A stretch of DNA of 64,000 nucleotides from Bryobacterales bacterium (GCA_965224215.1 CBDCYS010000078.1:4884-68883); one strand, 5' to 3'; shown: positions 52,849 through 62,997, numbered from the stretch's first letter. Translations and numbers: made by a program. Notes: generated from the sequence alone by a model not told the origin.

Positions 52849-54033
52849 CTACTCAATCTCCCCAACATCAAAGAAATCGTGACCCATCTCGCGCTTCTCG
52901 TTATACCGCCGGATCAGTTCCGCGGCAAGCTCATCATCGATTGCCCCGCTACCTGAGAAGTAGGAACTGTAAGCCTCTTCCGGCAAGGCGTCGCGCCCCA
53001 CTTGACTCTTCTTGTAAACCAGTAGGCGGCCGGCAGTGAATCTCGTTGCCGGGCACTGAGCCGAGTCGCCACCCGACTTGTCCCGAACCCAATTCCCAGG
53101 ATTGGCTCCCATCTCGGCTGCGAGCAAGGCCGTGAGCTTCGCCTCCTTCGTCCCCGGATCGGTTTGAGGAAAGACGACTTCTCCCACTTGAAACATGTGA
53201 TTCTCGTCCCACTCCTCGGTCAGCTCTTCAAGCGGTGTGTCCTTCTCGTTCTGAAACGGCATCCAGTAGAGCCGGAACCGCAGGTCGCCATCGCTTTGGC
53301 GCTGTCTCCAGTCGTTCGTTAAATATTTCTCGCCCGGACGCAGCCTGCGGTGCTTGTTCACCTCCTCCGTTGGTACGAAAGCAAACTTGCCGAGGGTGTC
53401 CGTCGCGCGGACCACGCCGGTACAGTATTGCTGGTAGGCCGTGCTCGATCTCCCTGTTCGAAGCGTTTGGCCGGCAACGTGAGCGGCGACTCCGTAACCC
53501 TGCCAGCGGCCCAAGCGTTTACGAAGACTTTTTACTAGTCCGGCTTGCGACGCCAGAAAATCCCCCAGATTGAGTTCGCCACTGGAGCCTAAGGGTATTT
53601 GTGTTCCCGCCGCATCGGCCGTGGCCTGAAGCAGCGCTACGAATTCTTCGACCGTATCGGTCGGGGAAGTCGGATCGTTGATGCCTAGGAAATCGACCCG
53701 CTGTCCTTCGGGCGTACGGAAGGCAAGCATGATACCGAGGAAATCCAGATCGGTTTCGACGTGGGGACACCCTAGGCCTGTGGAGATCCTGCCGATCCCC
53801 ACACGAGCCGCTCCTGGTTCGAACAGACCCAGCCCGTCGAGCTCAGAGGGAAGTTCGTTCGCGACGGTCAGGATGACTTTTCCGCCGGCGATCTGTTGTT
53901 GGTGCGCTCCCCGGTCGTTCTTTTTCAATTTGTCGTGGTTCTCAACGAGGACTTGTTGGATCTCGGGAATCTTGTCAGCCAACTGTTCGAGTTCAGCTAT
54001 TGCATCAGGGGTTGGGTCGAAGAATTGTGCCAT
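52849..54033 (-). CDS. Hypothetical protein with catalase-like heme-binding fold
   Basis: RGAH (distal His), GLFEPG...GRIS, VDFLGIN (distal Asn), GRLLVY (R-x3-Y proximal motif); inferred by motif analogy. Confidence 0.55.
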   Translation of the reverse strand: MAQFFDPTPDAIAELEQLADKIPEIQQVLVENHDKLKKNDRGAHQQQIAGGKVILTVANELPSELDGLGLFEPGAARVGIGRISTGLGCPHVETDLDFLGIMLAFRTPEGQRVDFLGINDPTSPTDTVEEFVALLQATADAAGTQIPLGSSGELNLGDFLASQAGLVKSLRKRLGRWQGYGVAAHVAGQTLRTGRSSTAYQQYCTGVVRATDTLGKFAFVPTEEVNKHRRLRPGEKYLTNDWRQRQSDGDLRFRLYWMPFQNEKDTPLEELTEEWDENHMFQVGEVVFPQTDPGTKEAKLTALLAAEMGANPGNWVRDKSGGDSAQCPATRFTAGRLLVYKKSQVGRDALPEEAYSSYFSGSGAIDDELAAELIRRYNEKREMGHDFFDVGEIE

Positions 54034-54603
54034 TTCGTTTGCTCCTTTCGTAGTGTGAGGCTCACGCGCGGTTGGATCGAGGGCCGTCGTCGTACAGGTG
54101 AGAATAGCAGGGCTAAGAGTGGATAAACCTATGTGATAATCCATTCTTGATGGCCCCTTTTATTTCTGCTTCAAGTACAACTCGCGTCCAACTAAGGGAA
54201 AAGGGGCCAAGTGAACGAGCCAGGCGAGCGGGCGTTTCCTTGCGGAACAGCGTGTCTGGCCGAGTACCAGACCCAGATGCGTGCTTTCAACTTGCCGTTG
54301 GCTGCCAGTTCTCAAAAACTTGCTGAATCGGTGCGGACCGCGCCGCGGGCTACGCCGGCAATTGTCTTCAGACTTACTACGCCAAGCCTCTGATAGACTG
54401 AATTTCACGGCTTTCTTGAAGACGAAGCCGGTGAAATTGTCCCCGGTCCACTGCCCCCGGTTCAGTTGTCTAAACGATATGAGGTCGTTTCCAGAAAGAT
54501 ACCCCTAGTCGACGACTGCTGATACCGCGAAGGTTCTGATTGCGAAAGGCCTGTATGGGTCAGCGAGTTTCTTCCGGCCGGTGGGGGTGAACAGGCAACC
54601 ACG

Positions 54604-56013
54604 GTGAGCACTACGAAAAAAATCCTCCTGGCGACGGTCGTTGTTGTCGTGATCGCTGGGGTTGCCGGCGGTGCATACAGCTACAGTCAACGCGGAGTCG
54701 TCGGCGTTCAGACCGGGCAGGTCGTCCGCCAAGACCTGGTGTCCGTTGTGACTGCTTCGGGCGAAATCAAGCCTCGCAACTACATCAACATTGGCGCCAA
54801 CAGCATGGGGCGCATCACCGACATCTACGTCCTCGAAGGTGATGTCGTCGAGAAGGGTCAGCGCCTTGCCAAACTCGAAACCGTTCAGCCTGCAGCGGAG
54901 GTAGCAGCGCAGAAAGCTTCCCTAGAGCTATTCAAAGCGGAACTTGCCGCGCGCGAAGCGGCCATCGAGGCCTCTCGTGCGAACGAGCTCACCCTGCAGG
55001 CGTCGCTGAAGCGGGCCAAGGCGGAACTCCAGCGAGCCCAGATCAATTTCAAACGGGCTGGCCAGCTACTAGAGGAAACGCTCATTGCCCGCCAGGACTA
55101 CGATCAACGGCGCGCCGACTTTGACGCGGCGGTTGCGACAGTCGAAGAGGCACAGGCTCGCTTGGCGGAGCTGGGAGCGCAAAGGGAGCAGTTCATTGCC
55201 CAGCGCGACTCCGCGCAGCGCCGCGTCGAACAGGCCGATGCGCACCTACTGCGGGTGAGCGATGTTCTCAGGAGACATTATTCGGTGTCACCGCTGGACG
55301 GGGTTGTCACCAACCTCCCGGTGCGCGTGGGGGAAACTGTTGTTCCCGGCATTCAAAACTCTTCCGCAAGCCTGGTCATGACGATCGCCGATATGTCCCT
55401 GATCACAGCCGAAGTGAAGGTTGACGAAACCGACATCGTGCATGTCGAGCTCGGCCAGCAAGCGCAAGTCACGGTCGATGCCATTCCCGACAAGACGTTC
55501 AAAGGGGATGTCATCGAGATTGGCAACACGGCGATTTTGCGGACGACAGGTTTGGCTGCTTCACAAAGCAATGTTGCTAGCCAAGAGGCCAAGGACTTCA
55601 AAGTTGTCATTGCACTCGAGGACCCGACAGTAGCCATTCGGCCGGGTATGTCCTGTACTTCTCGAATCACCACGGCGACTCGCAAAGGGGTTCTCACCCT
55701 GCCTATTCAAGCGCTCTCGGTGCGGCTGGAAGAGGATCTCGAAGTGGCGAAAGACCCCAATACCGAGCGGGCGGCCAGCGCGTCAGCGGATCCAAAGAAG
55801 GAAGTAGAGGGGGTCTTTGTCGTGAAAGGAAATGAGGTCGAATTTCGTCCGGTGGAGACAGGGATTACTGGGTCGACGCACATTTCGGTTACCTCCGGGA
55901 TCGATGAGGACGAAGAGATCGTGATCGGCAGTTATACGGTTCTTCGAACGATCCGCTCCGGTGCGCGGATCAAGGTGGAAAAGAAGGAAGGTGAGTCCTC
56001 GAGCTGGCCGTAG
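54604..56013 (+). CDS. Efflux RND/MacA-type periplasmic adaptor subunit
   Basis: N-terminal TM, VTASGEI, lipoyl halves (GRITDIYVLEGD; SPLDGVV), VDETDI, RPGMS. Confidence 0.9.
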   Translation: MSTTKKILLATVVVVVIAGVAGGAYSYSQRGVVGVQTGQVVRQDLVSVVTASGEIKPRNYINIGANSMGRITDIYVLEGDVVEKGQRLAKLETVQPAAEVAAQKASLELFKAELAAREAAIEASRANELTLQASLKRAKAELQRAQINFKRAGQLLEETLIARQDYDQRRADFDAAVATVEEAQARLAELGAQREQFIAQRDSAQRRVEQADAHLLRVSDVLRRHYSVSPLDGVVTNLPVRVGETVVPGIQNSSASLVMTIADMSLITAEVKVDETDIVHVELGQQAQVTVDAIPDKTFKGDVIEIGNTAILRTTGLAASQSNVASQEAKDFKVVIALEDPTVAIRPGMSCTSRITTATRKGVLTLPIQALSVRLEEDLEVAKDPNTERAASASADPKKEVEGVFVVKGNEVEFRPVETGITGSTHISVTSGIDEDEEIVIGSYTVLRTIRSGARIKVEKKEGESSSWP

Positions 56014-56019
56014 ACCCTT

Positions 56020-56211
56020 GAGCCGCGCGCGTCAGCAAGCGGTCAGCGTTACGCACTAAATCGGCGTCACCGAGCCGCCTGCGTTGGGAGGCGGTTACCA
56101 TCGGTATCGAGCTGTCGATTTGTATAGGCGCGCTACCACTTGCTGACGCGCTTGGCGAAGATGGTGGCGATATATGGCGCGGCGCTAACCGCTTGCCAAT
56201 GCGCTCGGCTC
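56020..56211. repeat. BIME-like cluster of four REP-like units (two direct, two inverted)
   Basis: GAGCCGCGCGCGTCAGCAAGCGGT-type units at 56020 and 56072; inverted units at 56135 and 56188. Confidence 0.75.
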
Positions 56212-56222
56212 AAAGGAATTGA

Positions 56223-56975
56223 ATGGCGACAGCAACCGCAATCGACCCGCACCTAGTTGGTGAACAGCTTCTCAAAGACGGCATCGTCATCCGCACGTTT
56301 GACCTGTGGAAGACCTATGTCATGGGCGACCAGGAGATTCACGCCGTAGAAAGCGTCAACGTCGAGATACGCAAAGGCGAATACGTTGCCATCATGGGAC
56401 CGTCGGGGTCCGGTAAATCAACGTTGATGAATTTGATCGGCTGCCTGGACACCCCCAGCCGCGGTCAGTACTACATTGCGGGCCGCTTGGTCAGCGACCT
56501 GAATGACGACGAGCTAGCGCACATACGGAACAAGGAAATCGGATTTGTCTTCCAGACATTCAACTTGCTCCCGCGCCTGAGCGCGCTTCAAAACGTCGAG
56601 CTTCCGCTGGTTTACAGTGGGATTCAGCCGGCCGACCGGCTCGAACTTTCCCGTAAAGCGATCGCCCACGTTGACCTCACCGAGCGGATGTACCATAAGC
56701 CGAACGAGCTTTCCGGCGGTCAGCGCCAGCGCGTCGCGATTGCAAGAGCCTTGGTGAATTCGCCGTCGATCTTGCTGGCCGACGAGCCTACTGGTAATCT
56801 TGATACCGCCACGGGAAACGAAATCATGGCTCTGTTCGATGTGCTCCATCAGCAAGGGAACACCATTATTTTGGTCACTCACGAGCCTGACATCGCTATG
56901 CACGCCCACCGAGTCATCCAACTCCGCGACGGTCGCGTGGAGAAGGACGAGAAGATCGACAAATCGGGCAACTAG
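56223..56975 (+). CDS. ABC transporter ATP-binding protein (MacB/LolD type)
   Basis: [49 protein letters not shown]. Confidence 0.95.
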   Translation: MATATAIDPHLVGEQLLKDGIVIRTFDLWKTYVMGDQEIHAVESVNVEIRKGEYVAIMGPSGSGKSTLMNLIGCLDTPSRGQYYIAGRLVSDLNDDELAHIRNKEIGFVFQTFNLLPRLSALQNVELPLVYSGIQPADRLELSRKAIAHVDLTERMYHKPNELSGGQRQRVAIARALVNSPSILLADEPTGNLDTATGNEIMALFDVLHQQGNTIILVTHEPDIAMHAHRVIQLRDGRVEKDEKIDKSGN

Positions 56976-57082
56976 TGTAGTGCGCCAATCAGACCATAAC
57001 TTATCGTGAGTCGCTTGTTTGCCTGCTTGCCGAGCAAGATTAACAGTCCGATCCGCATACGCGGCGTGATGCTGTTGTTTTG

Positions 57083-57163
57083 AGCCGCGTTCACGCGGCT
57101 AGGTCAGCCGTTTACGGCTGGTGCACGCAACCGCTGAGGGTCCTTCAGCCCGTTTCACGGGCT
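57083..57163. repeat. Three short related palindromes (REP-like; may act as bidirectional terminator)
   Basis: AGCCGCGTTCACGCGGCT, CAGCCGTTTACGGCTG and AGCCCGTTTCACGGGCT between convergent genes. Confidence 0.65.
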
Positions 57164-57273
57164 TTCGCTCTCCCCGACCGATGTCTGTAGGTTGCGCTAT
57201 TTCTGGCGCACTACACTAGTGGGGAACGGCTACCAGCCTTTGGAAACCAGGCCTACCGGCGAGGCGAACACCG

Positions 57274-58533
57274 CTACTCGACTTTTCGTTTGAGCCAGCC
57301 GCCGGGGTTGAACGTCATGACCATGGCCTCTCGGGTAATGTCCTGCTCGAAGAGTTCGCTGCCTCCCTCCTGCAAGAAAGCGTTGACCGCAGCCATCGGG
57401 CCCGGGCCTCTTTCGGGATGTGTCGGAACCGAATCGTAATGCGTATCCTCGACAACGATGTAGCTGCCCGCGCTGACCAGCCCTGAGTAGAGCCGCAGCT
57501 CTTCACGAACGTGCTTCATGGTGTGGTCGGAATCGAGGACAACGAGAACCGTCTTGCCCTGAACGAGCTGGGCGATCTGCGTGACGATCGCCGGGTCGGT
57601 GGAACTCCCATGGAAAAACTGAACGTGCTTTTTCCAGAGCGGGCGCTCGGCAGCTTCCTGAGTTTCATCGGCCACGTCGACGGTCAGTACCTTTGCGTTT
57701 TCCAATCCGAGCCCGCTCAGCGTGTGTGCCCAATAGAGTGCCGAGCCGCCTCGCATCGTACCGGTTTCGACGACGAAATCCGGCTTGATCTCGTGCATGA
57801 TTTGCTGCATCATCCACAGGTCGCAAGGGTTCTTGATGATCTTGATCCCCTGGAACCACATGTTGTCCCAAACGTCGAGTTCATGGAACAGCTTCATCAG
57901 CTCGTTCTGTTTTTCGAGGCTCAGTCTGACATCTCGTTTGCGAATGATCTCGCGGTAGCCTTCGAGCGCTAGGGTGAGCTGGTCGTTGCCGTAGCTCTTC
58001 GTCGAATCGAATCCCTTCAAGACGATAGAAGTAGCAATCAAGCCCAGCTCGCGATCCCCCGGCCCCTTCGATTCCTTGGCTTTGTCCAACTCAAATTCGA
58101 TCTCGATGCGATCGCCCTCTATCGCTTCCGCCGGCAGTGGTTTTGTGAAAAGGTAGCTCCCTTCTTTCTTGTAAGTCCCGCCGCCGACGTCAAAACCATT
58201 CGCGCGGGCGGTCAGCGTCACTGGCCCGAGCTGGTCCATGAGGGTCTTTGCCAGTGAGAATTCGAGTTCCACATAGACGGGCGATTCGGCTTGTGGCCTA
58301 TCGAGCGAAACAGCGAAGGCTCGCGCGGTCCAGCGCCAAGCACCTTCGGAGTCGTACAGGCCCCGCAACAGACGCGAGGCCTCGATGTTCTCGCCCAGGT
58401 TGAGTTCATAGAGGACTTTTTCGGGAGCGGAAGCGGGTTGCTCGGTCGCAACGGGAGTCGCTTCCGGCTCCTCACGCGAGCAGCCGAAGCAGGCGGCGAG
58501 AACCAGCAAACACAGTACGGATGGTAGTCGCAT
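57274..58533 (-). CDS. Lipoprotein N-terminal domain fused to CmcI (cephalosporin hydroxylase)-family methyltransferase
   Basis: LAACFGC lipobox-like signal. The C-terminal half has WFQGIKIIKNPCDLW, VVETGT.RGGSAL, VVLDSDH, YIVVEDT, GPGP, TFNPGGWLKR. Confidence 0.85.
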   Translation of the reverse strand: MRLPSVLCLLVLAACFGCSREEPEATPVATEQPASAPEKVLYELNLGENIEASRLLRGLYDSEGAWRWTARAFAVSLDRPQAESPVYVELEFSLAKTLMDQLGPVTLTARANGFDVGGGTYKKEGSYLFTKPLPAEAIEGDRIEIEFELDKAKESKGPGDRELGLIATSIVLKGFDSTKSYGNDQLTLALEGYREIIRKRDVRLSLEKQNELMKLFHELDVWDNMWFQGIKIIKNPCDLWMMQQIMHEIKPDFVVETGTMRGGSALYWAHTLSGLGLENAKVLTVDVADETQEAAERPLWKKHVQFFHGSSTDPAIVTQIAQLVQGKTVLVVLDSDHTMKHVREELRLYSGLVSAGSYIVVEDTHYDSVPTHPERGPGPMAAVNAFLQEGGSELFEQDITREAMVMTFNPGGWLKRKVE

Positions 58534-58928
58534 AGGTCTAGCCAAAGACATTTGAAATTTCGATCAGCAGGCGTTTCGACCGAGGCAGTGTTGTTTCCGC
58601 GGTGTTGTTTCCACGGTGTTGTTTCCAATGAAGCGGTGTGAATGTTGCCGGGATGCCACTCCTGGATCTCGTCTGTCAGCGAACTACGCTCTTGGTGACG
58701 CCTGGGTATCCCTGATTCCCTGGGGTTTCCCTGACTTAATGTTAGCCCATGGCGTCAGCCCCGGGACTTGAGTTTGGCCTTTCTGACGTGGAGCAATCTC
58801 TCAGCGTTCTACGTCGGCCCGGAGCGCTGAGCTAGCAGACGGTCGGACAGAGATGAAATGAGGAGGTTCGTCATCCGGGGAGTGAGCTAAACTCCCCAAA
58901 CGGGCTTCGCCGCCTGCGGCGGCGATCC

Positions 58929-60671
58929 CAGGTTTTTTCCATTACGAAAAAAAGGAGGATGACGAGCCATGAAAAACAATAGCAAAACTTTCAGAGAAGT
59001 GTCGAAACGGAAGATGATCGAACAAGGCCTGAACGTCGTGGCCGGGGTGGATCTGGGCGATAAGCACAGCCATGTCTGCTTGATCGATCTGGACGGCAAC
59101 ATCGTCGAGCGCAAGAAGCTGAGCACCTCGCCGGCAGCGTTCGAGCGCTACTTCGGCGGCTGGGCCGCGATGCGGGTGGTGCTCGAAGCCGGCTGCCACG
59201 CCAACTGGATCTACCGCTTGCTCGAGCGGCTGGGGCACGAGCCGCTGATGGCCGACACGCACCGCCTGGCGCTGATCACCCAATCGCTGTCGAAGGACGA
59301 TCGCAGCGACGCCGAACGGCTGGCCGAGTTGGGGCTGCGGATGCCCGAGATGCTGAACGCCGTCGAGCCCCGTTCGCTGGCCAGCCAATGCGACCGCGCC
59401 GTGCTGAAAGCGCGGGAAACCCTGGTCGAGACACGCACGAAACTGATCAACAGCGTGCGCGGCACCGTGAAGAGTTTCGGGGGCCGCTTGCCGGCTTCGC
59501 GCAGCGAGGCCTTCGTAAAGAAAGCCAGCCCCCAGCTGCCCGACGAGCTGCGGGTCGCGCTCGAGCCGTTGCTCGAGGTGATCCAACACGTCAGCGCCGC
59601 AATCCTCCGCTATGACAAACATATCGAGAAGCTGGCGGAGGAAAAATATCCCGCCACGCAAGGTTTACGCTCGATCCGCGGAGTGGGACCGATCACCTCG
59701 CTGGCATTCGTGTTGAATCTGGACAACGATCCGCAGCGGCTCGGGAGCAGTCGAGACGCCGGACCCCGCATGGGGCTGCGGCCCAAGCGCCGCGACTCGG
59801 GCGAGTGCTCACCGCAGTTGAGTATTACCAAAAGCGGTGACCGATTATTGCGGCGATTGCTGGTGCAATGTTCGCAATACATTCTGGGATATCACGGGGA
59901 AGATTCAGACTTACGGCGCTGGGGACTGGGATTGGCGGCCCGCGGCGGCCCCTGCGCGAAGCGCAAAGCGATCGTGGCGGTGGCGCGCAAACTGGCTGTG
60001 CTGATGCACCTGCTGTGGCGTCAGGATGTGGACTTCGATCCGTTTTACCAGACGAACCCGCGAGCGGCAGGCTAGCGCTGAGAAATGCGAATCTTAGCAG
60101 ACCGCTGCGAGCAGCGAATCCCTTTCCCTCTGCTGGCAGGATTCCAGATCGGTCCTCGCCGTCCAGGGTTCGCTTCGCCGCGCTCGGCGCGCCCTGGACT
60201 GCTCCGGGCCGATCGGAGAGCAGGACTTATATGAGGGAAAGGGGATCACCGGAACGAGCCGCCTGCCGACCGCTCGTGTGTCGGCTGTCAGCCGCGAATT
60301 CCCTCCCGAGCGAAAAAGGAAGGCGGCATCGAATGCCAAATGGAATCAGGCCCGGGACGGCAGGAAGAACGTCGGATCGAGGCAGGCAAGTAGAAACGTC
60401 GGATTGAAGCAGGGAAGTCAGAACGTCGGATTGAAGGAGGTTGAGGAATCGTAACAGCGCAAAGGGACAGACCGAGTTCGCGGCGACTGCGAGTCCACGC
60501 CCGGTCCGCAGAGGCCGAGACAGAGAGAGCAGCGCCGCTAGATCGAACTTCATAGAGCACCGCGTCCTCAGCGACGACCAACGAGTGCGGATGGAAGCCC
60601 GGTCCAACATCCCATCAGCTGAAAATTCTTCACTCCTCCCTTGACAATGCCGAGCCTCCTCATGGAAGGCG
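58929..60671 (+). mobile_element. IS110-family element B (IS1111-like layout), boundaries approximate
   Basis: Short 5' end, long 3' non-coding end finishing TTGACA...CTCATGGAAG; weak sub-terminal IR TTTCCATTACG / CCTCATGGAAG. Confidence 0.65.
58969..60075 (+). CDS. IS110-family transposase/recombinase, apparently intact
   Basis: GVDLG, VVLEAG, KDDRSDA (DEDD), GVGPIT, GLRPKRRDSG (conserved Ser), AVARKLA; RBS AGGAGG. Confidence 0.92.
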   Translation: MKNNSKTFREVSKRKMIEQGLNVVAGVDLGDKHSHVCLIDLDGNIVERKKLSTSPAAFERYFGGWAAMRVVLEAGCHANWIYRLLERLGHEPLMADTHRLALITQSLSKDDRSDAERLAELGLRMPEMLNAVEPRSLASQCDRAVLKARETLVETRTKLINSVRGTVKSFGGRLPASRSEAFVKKASPQLPDELRVALEPLLEVIQHVSAAILRYDKHIEKLAEEKYPATQGLRSIRGVGPITSLAFVLNLDNDPQRLGSSRDAGPRMGLRPKRRDSGECSPQLSITKSGDRLLRRLLVQCSQYILGYHGEDSDLRRWGLGLAARGGPCAKRKAIVAVARKLAVLMHLLWRQDVDFDPFYQTNPRAAG

Positions 60672-60933
60672 TGGACGGAAGTCCACGCTTGCCCGGGGCG
60701 CAGCCCTGGGCCGGCATGTAGCACTTCGTCCCTTTCTCGCGGGATGGACCTCCCGATTCTAAGGATTTTGCTCGCAGAAAATGGTGGGGGCTGGGCTAGT
60801 CCAGCGGTCTTGCAGCCGGACGCAAACCCCAGCTCGTTTCACCCCCCTCCCCGGCCTCCACCAAACGTCAAGCCTGCCATCCACATCGCGATATGACCAA
60901 AGGCCATGGGTCAGTCACGGAAATTAAAAACAA

Positions 60934-61196
60934 GATGGGTATCCGGTTGACTCAGGTAGCCCCAATATCTTGTGGTTTGGGGATTTTCTTGGGTTCTGTA
61001 ACCGGGTGAACAATCATCTTGTAAGTCGCCGGATCCACGGCTACCGCCTGCTGGACGAGCCGATAGAAGAGTTTGCCTCGGCTTCTGGATTTGCGGCGGT
61101 TGAAACGGAAGGTGAACTCGTCCAGGTAGTAGTCCAGATGTTTGTGGCTCACGGCGCCCTGATGGGTGCCCAGCAGCCAGCGCTTGAGCAGTGACA
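60934..61196 (-). mobile_element. IS1595 right-end fragment
   Basis: TIR GATGGGTATCCGG...; encodes LLKRWLLGTHQG...YLDEFTFRFNRR on the minus strand. Confidence 0.85.
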
Positions 61197-62997
61197 CCTG
61201 AATTATGCACTGCCGGTGCACCTGGTGAGGGCTGAGCCGCCAGGAACCATTTGGGGACCCCCGAAAACATGGGGTAAAAAGGTAGGCTGGCAAAGATTTC
61301 AGCTTCGCCAGTCAACCCCAAGGAGGTCACCCAAATGGTTACCAAACGAAAACAGCATAGCTCCCGAAGGCCCGTCAAACAAGGCCCCGGCGCGAGGGCC
61401 CCGCGGCCCAATAAAATCGGGGCTGCCACGCCCTATCACTTCCGTGGCAAGAATCTGACTCCCTACGGCGGCTTACTGCCCGTCGCCACCCTGCTCGAAA
61501 AACTCGGCTTCCAAGCGCTGCTGGAAGAAACCCTCACGACCAAACGGATCACCCGAGCCATGAGCCCCTACCAGTTCGTGCTGGCCCTCGTGCTCGGCCT
61601 CTATGTCGGCTTTGCGCGGCTCAACCAACTCCGCTTCATCGCTCGCGACCCCATCCTGACCGGCATCTTGCAAGTGACGCGTCTGCCGCCGCAGTCCACG
61701 CTGTGGCGCTTTCCTGGCCTCGCTGCACCTCAACGTGGCGAAGCAGATCCTTTCCATTCAGCGCCAGCTGCGGGAACGAGTCTGGGCCGCGGCCCACGTG
61801 AAGTTGGAGACGGTGACGCTGGACACCGACACCACCGTGCATACCCTCTACGGCCGCCAGATGGGCGGGCGCAAGAGCTACAACCCCAAGAACAAGGGCA
61901 AGCGCAGCTACCAGCCGATACTGACCTTCCTGGCCGAGACGCGCGAATACCTGATGGGCGGGTTGCGCAACGGCGACCGGCCCACGGGCCGACAGATCGC
62001 CGCCCACCTCGAGAGCGCTTTCCGGACTTTGCCGGGCGGCGTGAAGAAAATCCTGGCGCGGGCCGATTCCGGCTTTTATTGCTGGGAGGCGGTGGAGGCC
62101 TATGAAAAGGCGGCTTGTCAGTTCGTCATCGTGGCGCGCAAAACACGGCGCCTGGTCGAGCGCTTGCCGCAAGCAGAATGGAAACCCTCCCCCCGCTCCG
62201 ACGCGGACGCGGAATGCGAATTCCTCTACCAACCGCAAGGCTGGGCGCGGGCCTGCCGTTTCCTGGCGCTGCGTTACGAAAACGAGCCCAAGGCCGGCGC
62301 GGCCGAGCAATACCAGTTGTTCGCCACCAGCGCTTACACCTACCGCGTGTTTGTCACCAATCTGGCCGAGCCGATCGCGGCGGTGGTGTGGTTTTACAAT
62401 CAGCGCGCCGGAGCCGAGAACCTGATCAAGGAGGCCAACAACGACGCCGGGCTGGCGGCCTATCCCTCGCGCCGCTTTGACATGAACCGCAATCACTTTC
62501 AGTTGGCCATGCTGGCCTACAATCTCAACTGCTGGCTGCTGCTGTTCAACCGCGAAGCCCAGGCCAGCGTGGAGACGCTGCGGCACACCACCCTGGCGAC
62601 GGCGCGGCTGCGTTTTCTGTTCGTGGCGGCCAAGATCTGGCGGCACGCCGGCAGAACGGGTGTCAGCTACAGCGATCATTATCAGGAAAAGGGCCTGTTT
62701 GAACGGCTGATGCGACGGCTGCGGGCGATGGGGCCGCCGGGATCGAGCTTGGCGCCGGTGGTGGAGGGTGCGCTGAGCTGAGGGGCACTCCATGCATAAA
62801 ATTTCATGCACTCGCCGCAACGTACTGGGAACACGCCGCTTGCCAGCCCGCTTTTGCCCTGCCGGGATCAGGAGGCGGCTCAAACGGGGAGGGAAACAGC
62901 AGAAAAGACGACTTGAGAAATCACTGAGTTGACACGAGTGCCGCTATCGCCACAACTCCATCGACGATGGCTACGCCGAATCTGTGCATAATTCAGG
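61197..62997 (+). mobile_element. IS1380-family insertion sequence, copy 2, frameshifted transposase (61335..62781)
   Basis: Same TIR, TSD TGACA (61192-61196, 62998-63002). It is 1801 bp against 1800 bp for copy 1, with an extra C near 61713 (TTTCCTGG vs TTTCTGG). Confidence 0.9.

Noticed and set aside
54425-54470. Cobalamin riboswitch-like string GAAGCCGGTGAAA...CACTGCCCCCG
   Set aside because: It lacks the GGGAA and GCAACTGT/B12-box elements, spacing is off, the segment is explained by a local hairpin, and the downstream genes are not B12-related. An Rfam scan would settle it.
60368-60440. CRISPR array (also considered for 6558-6622 and 49437-49507)
   Set aside because: These are contiguous tandem units without unique spacers, with only 2-4 copies and no cas genes.
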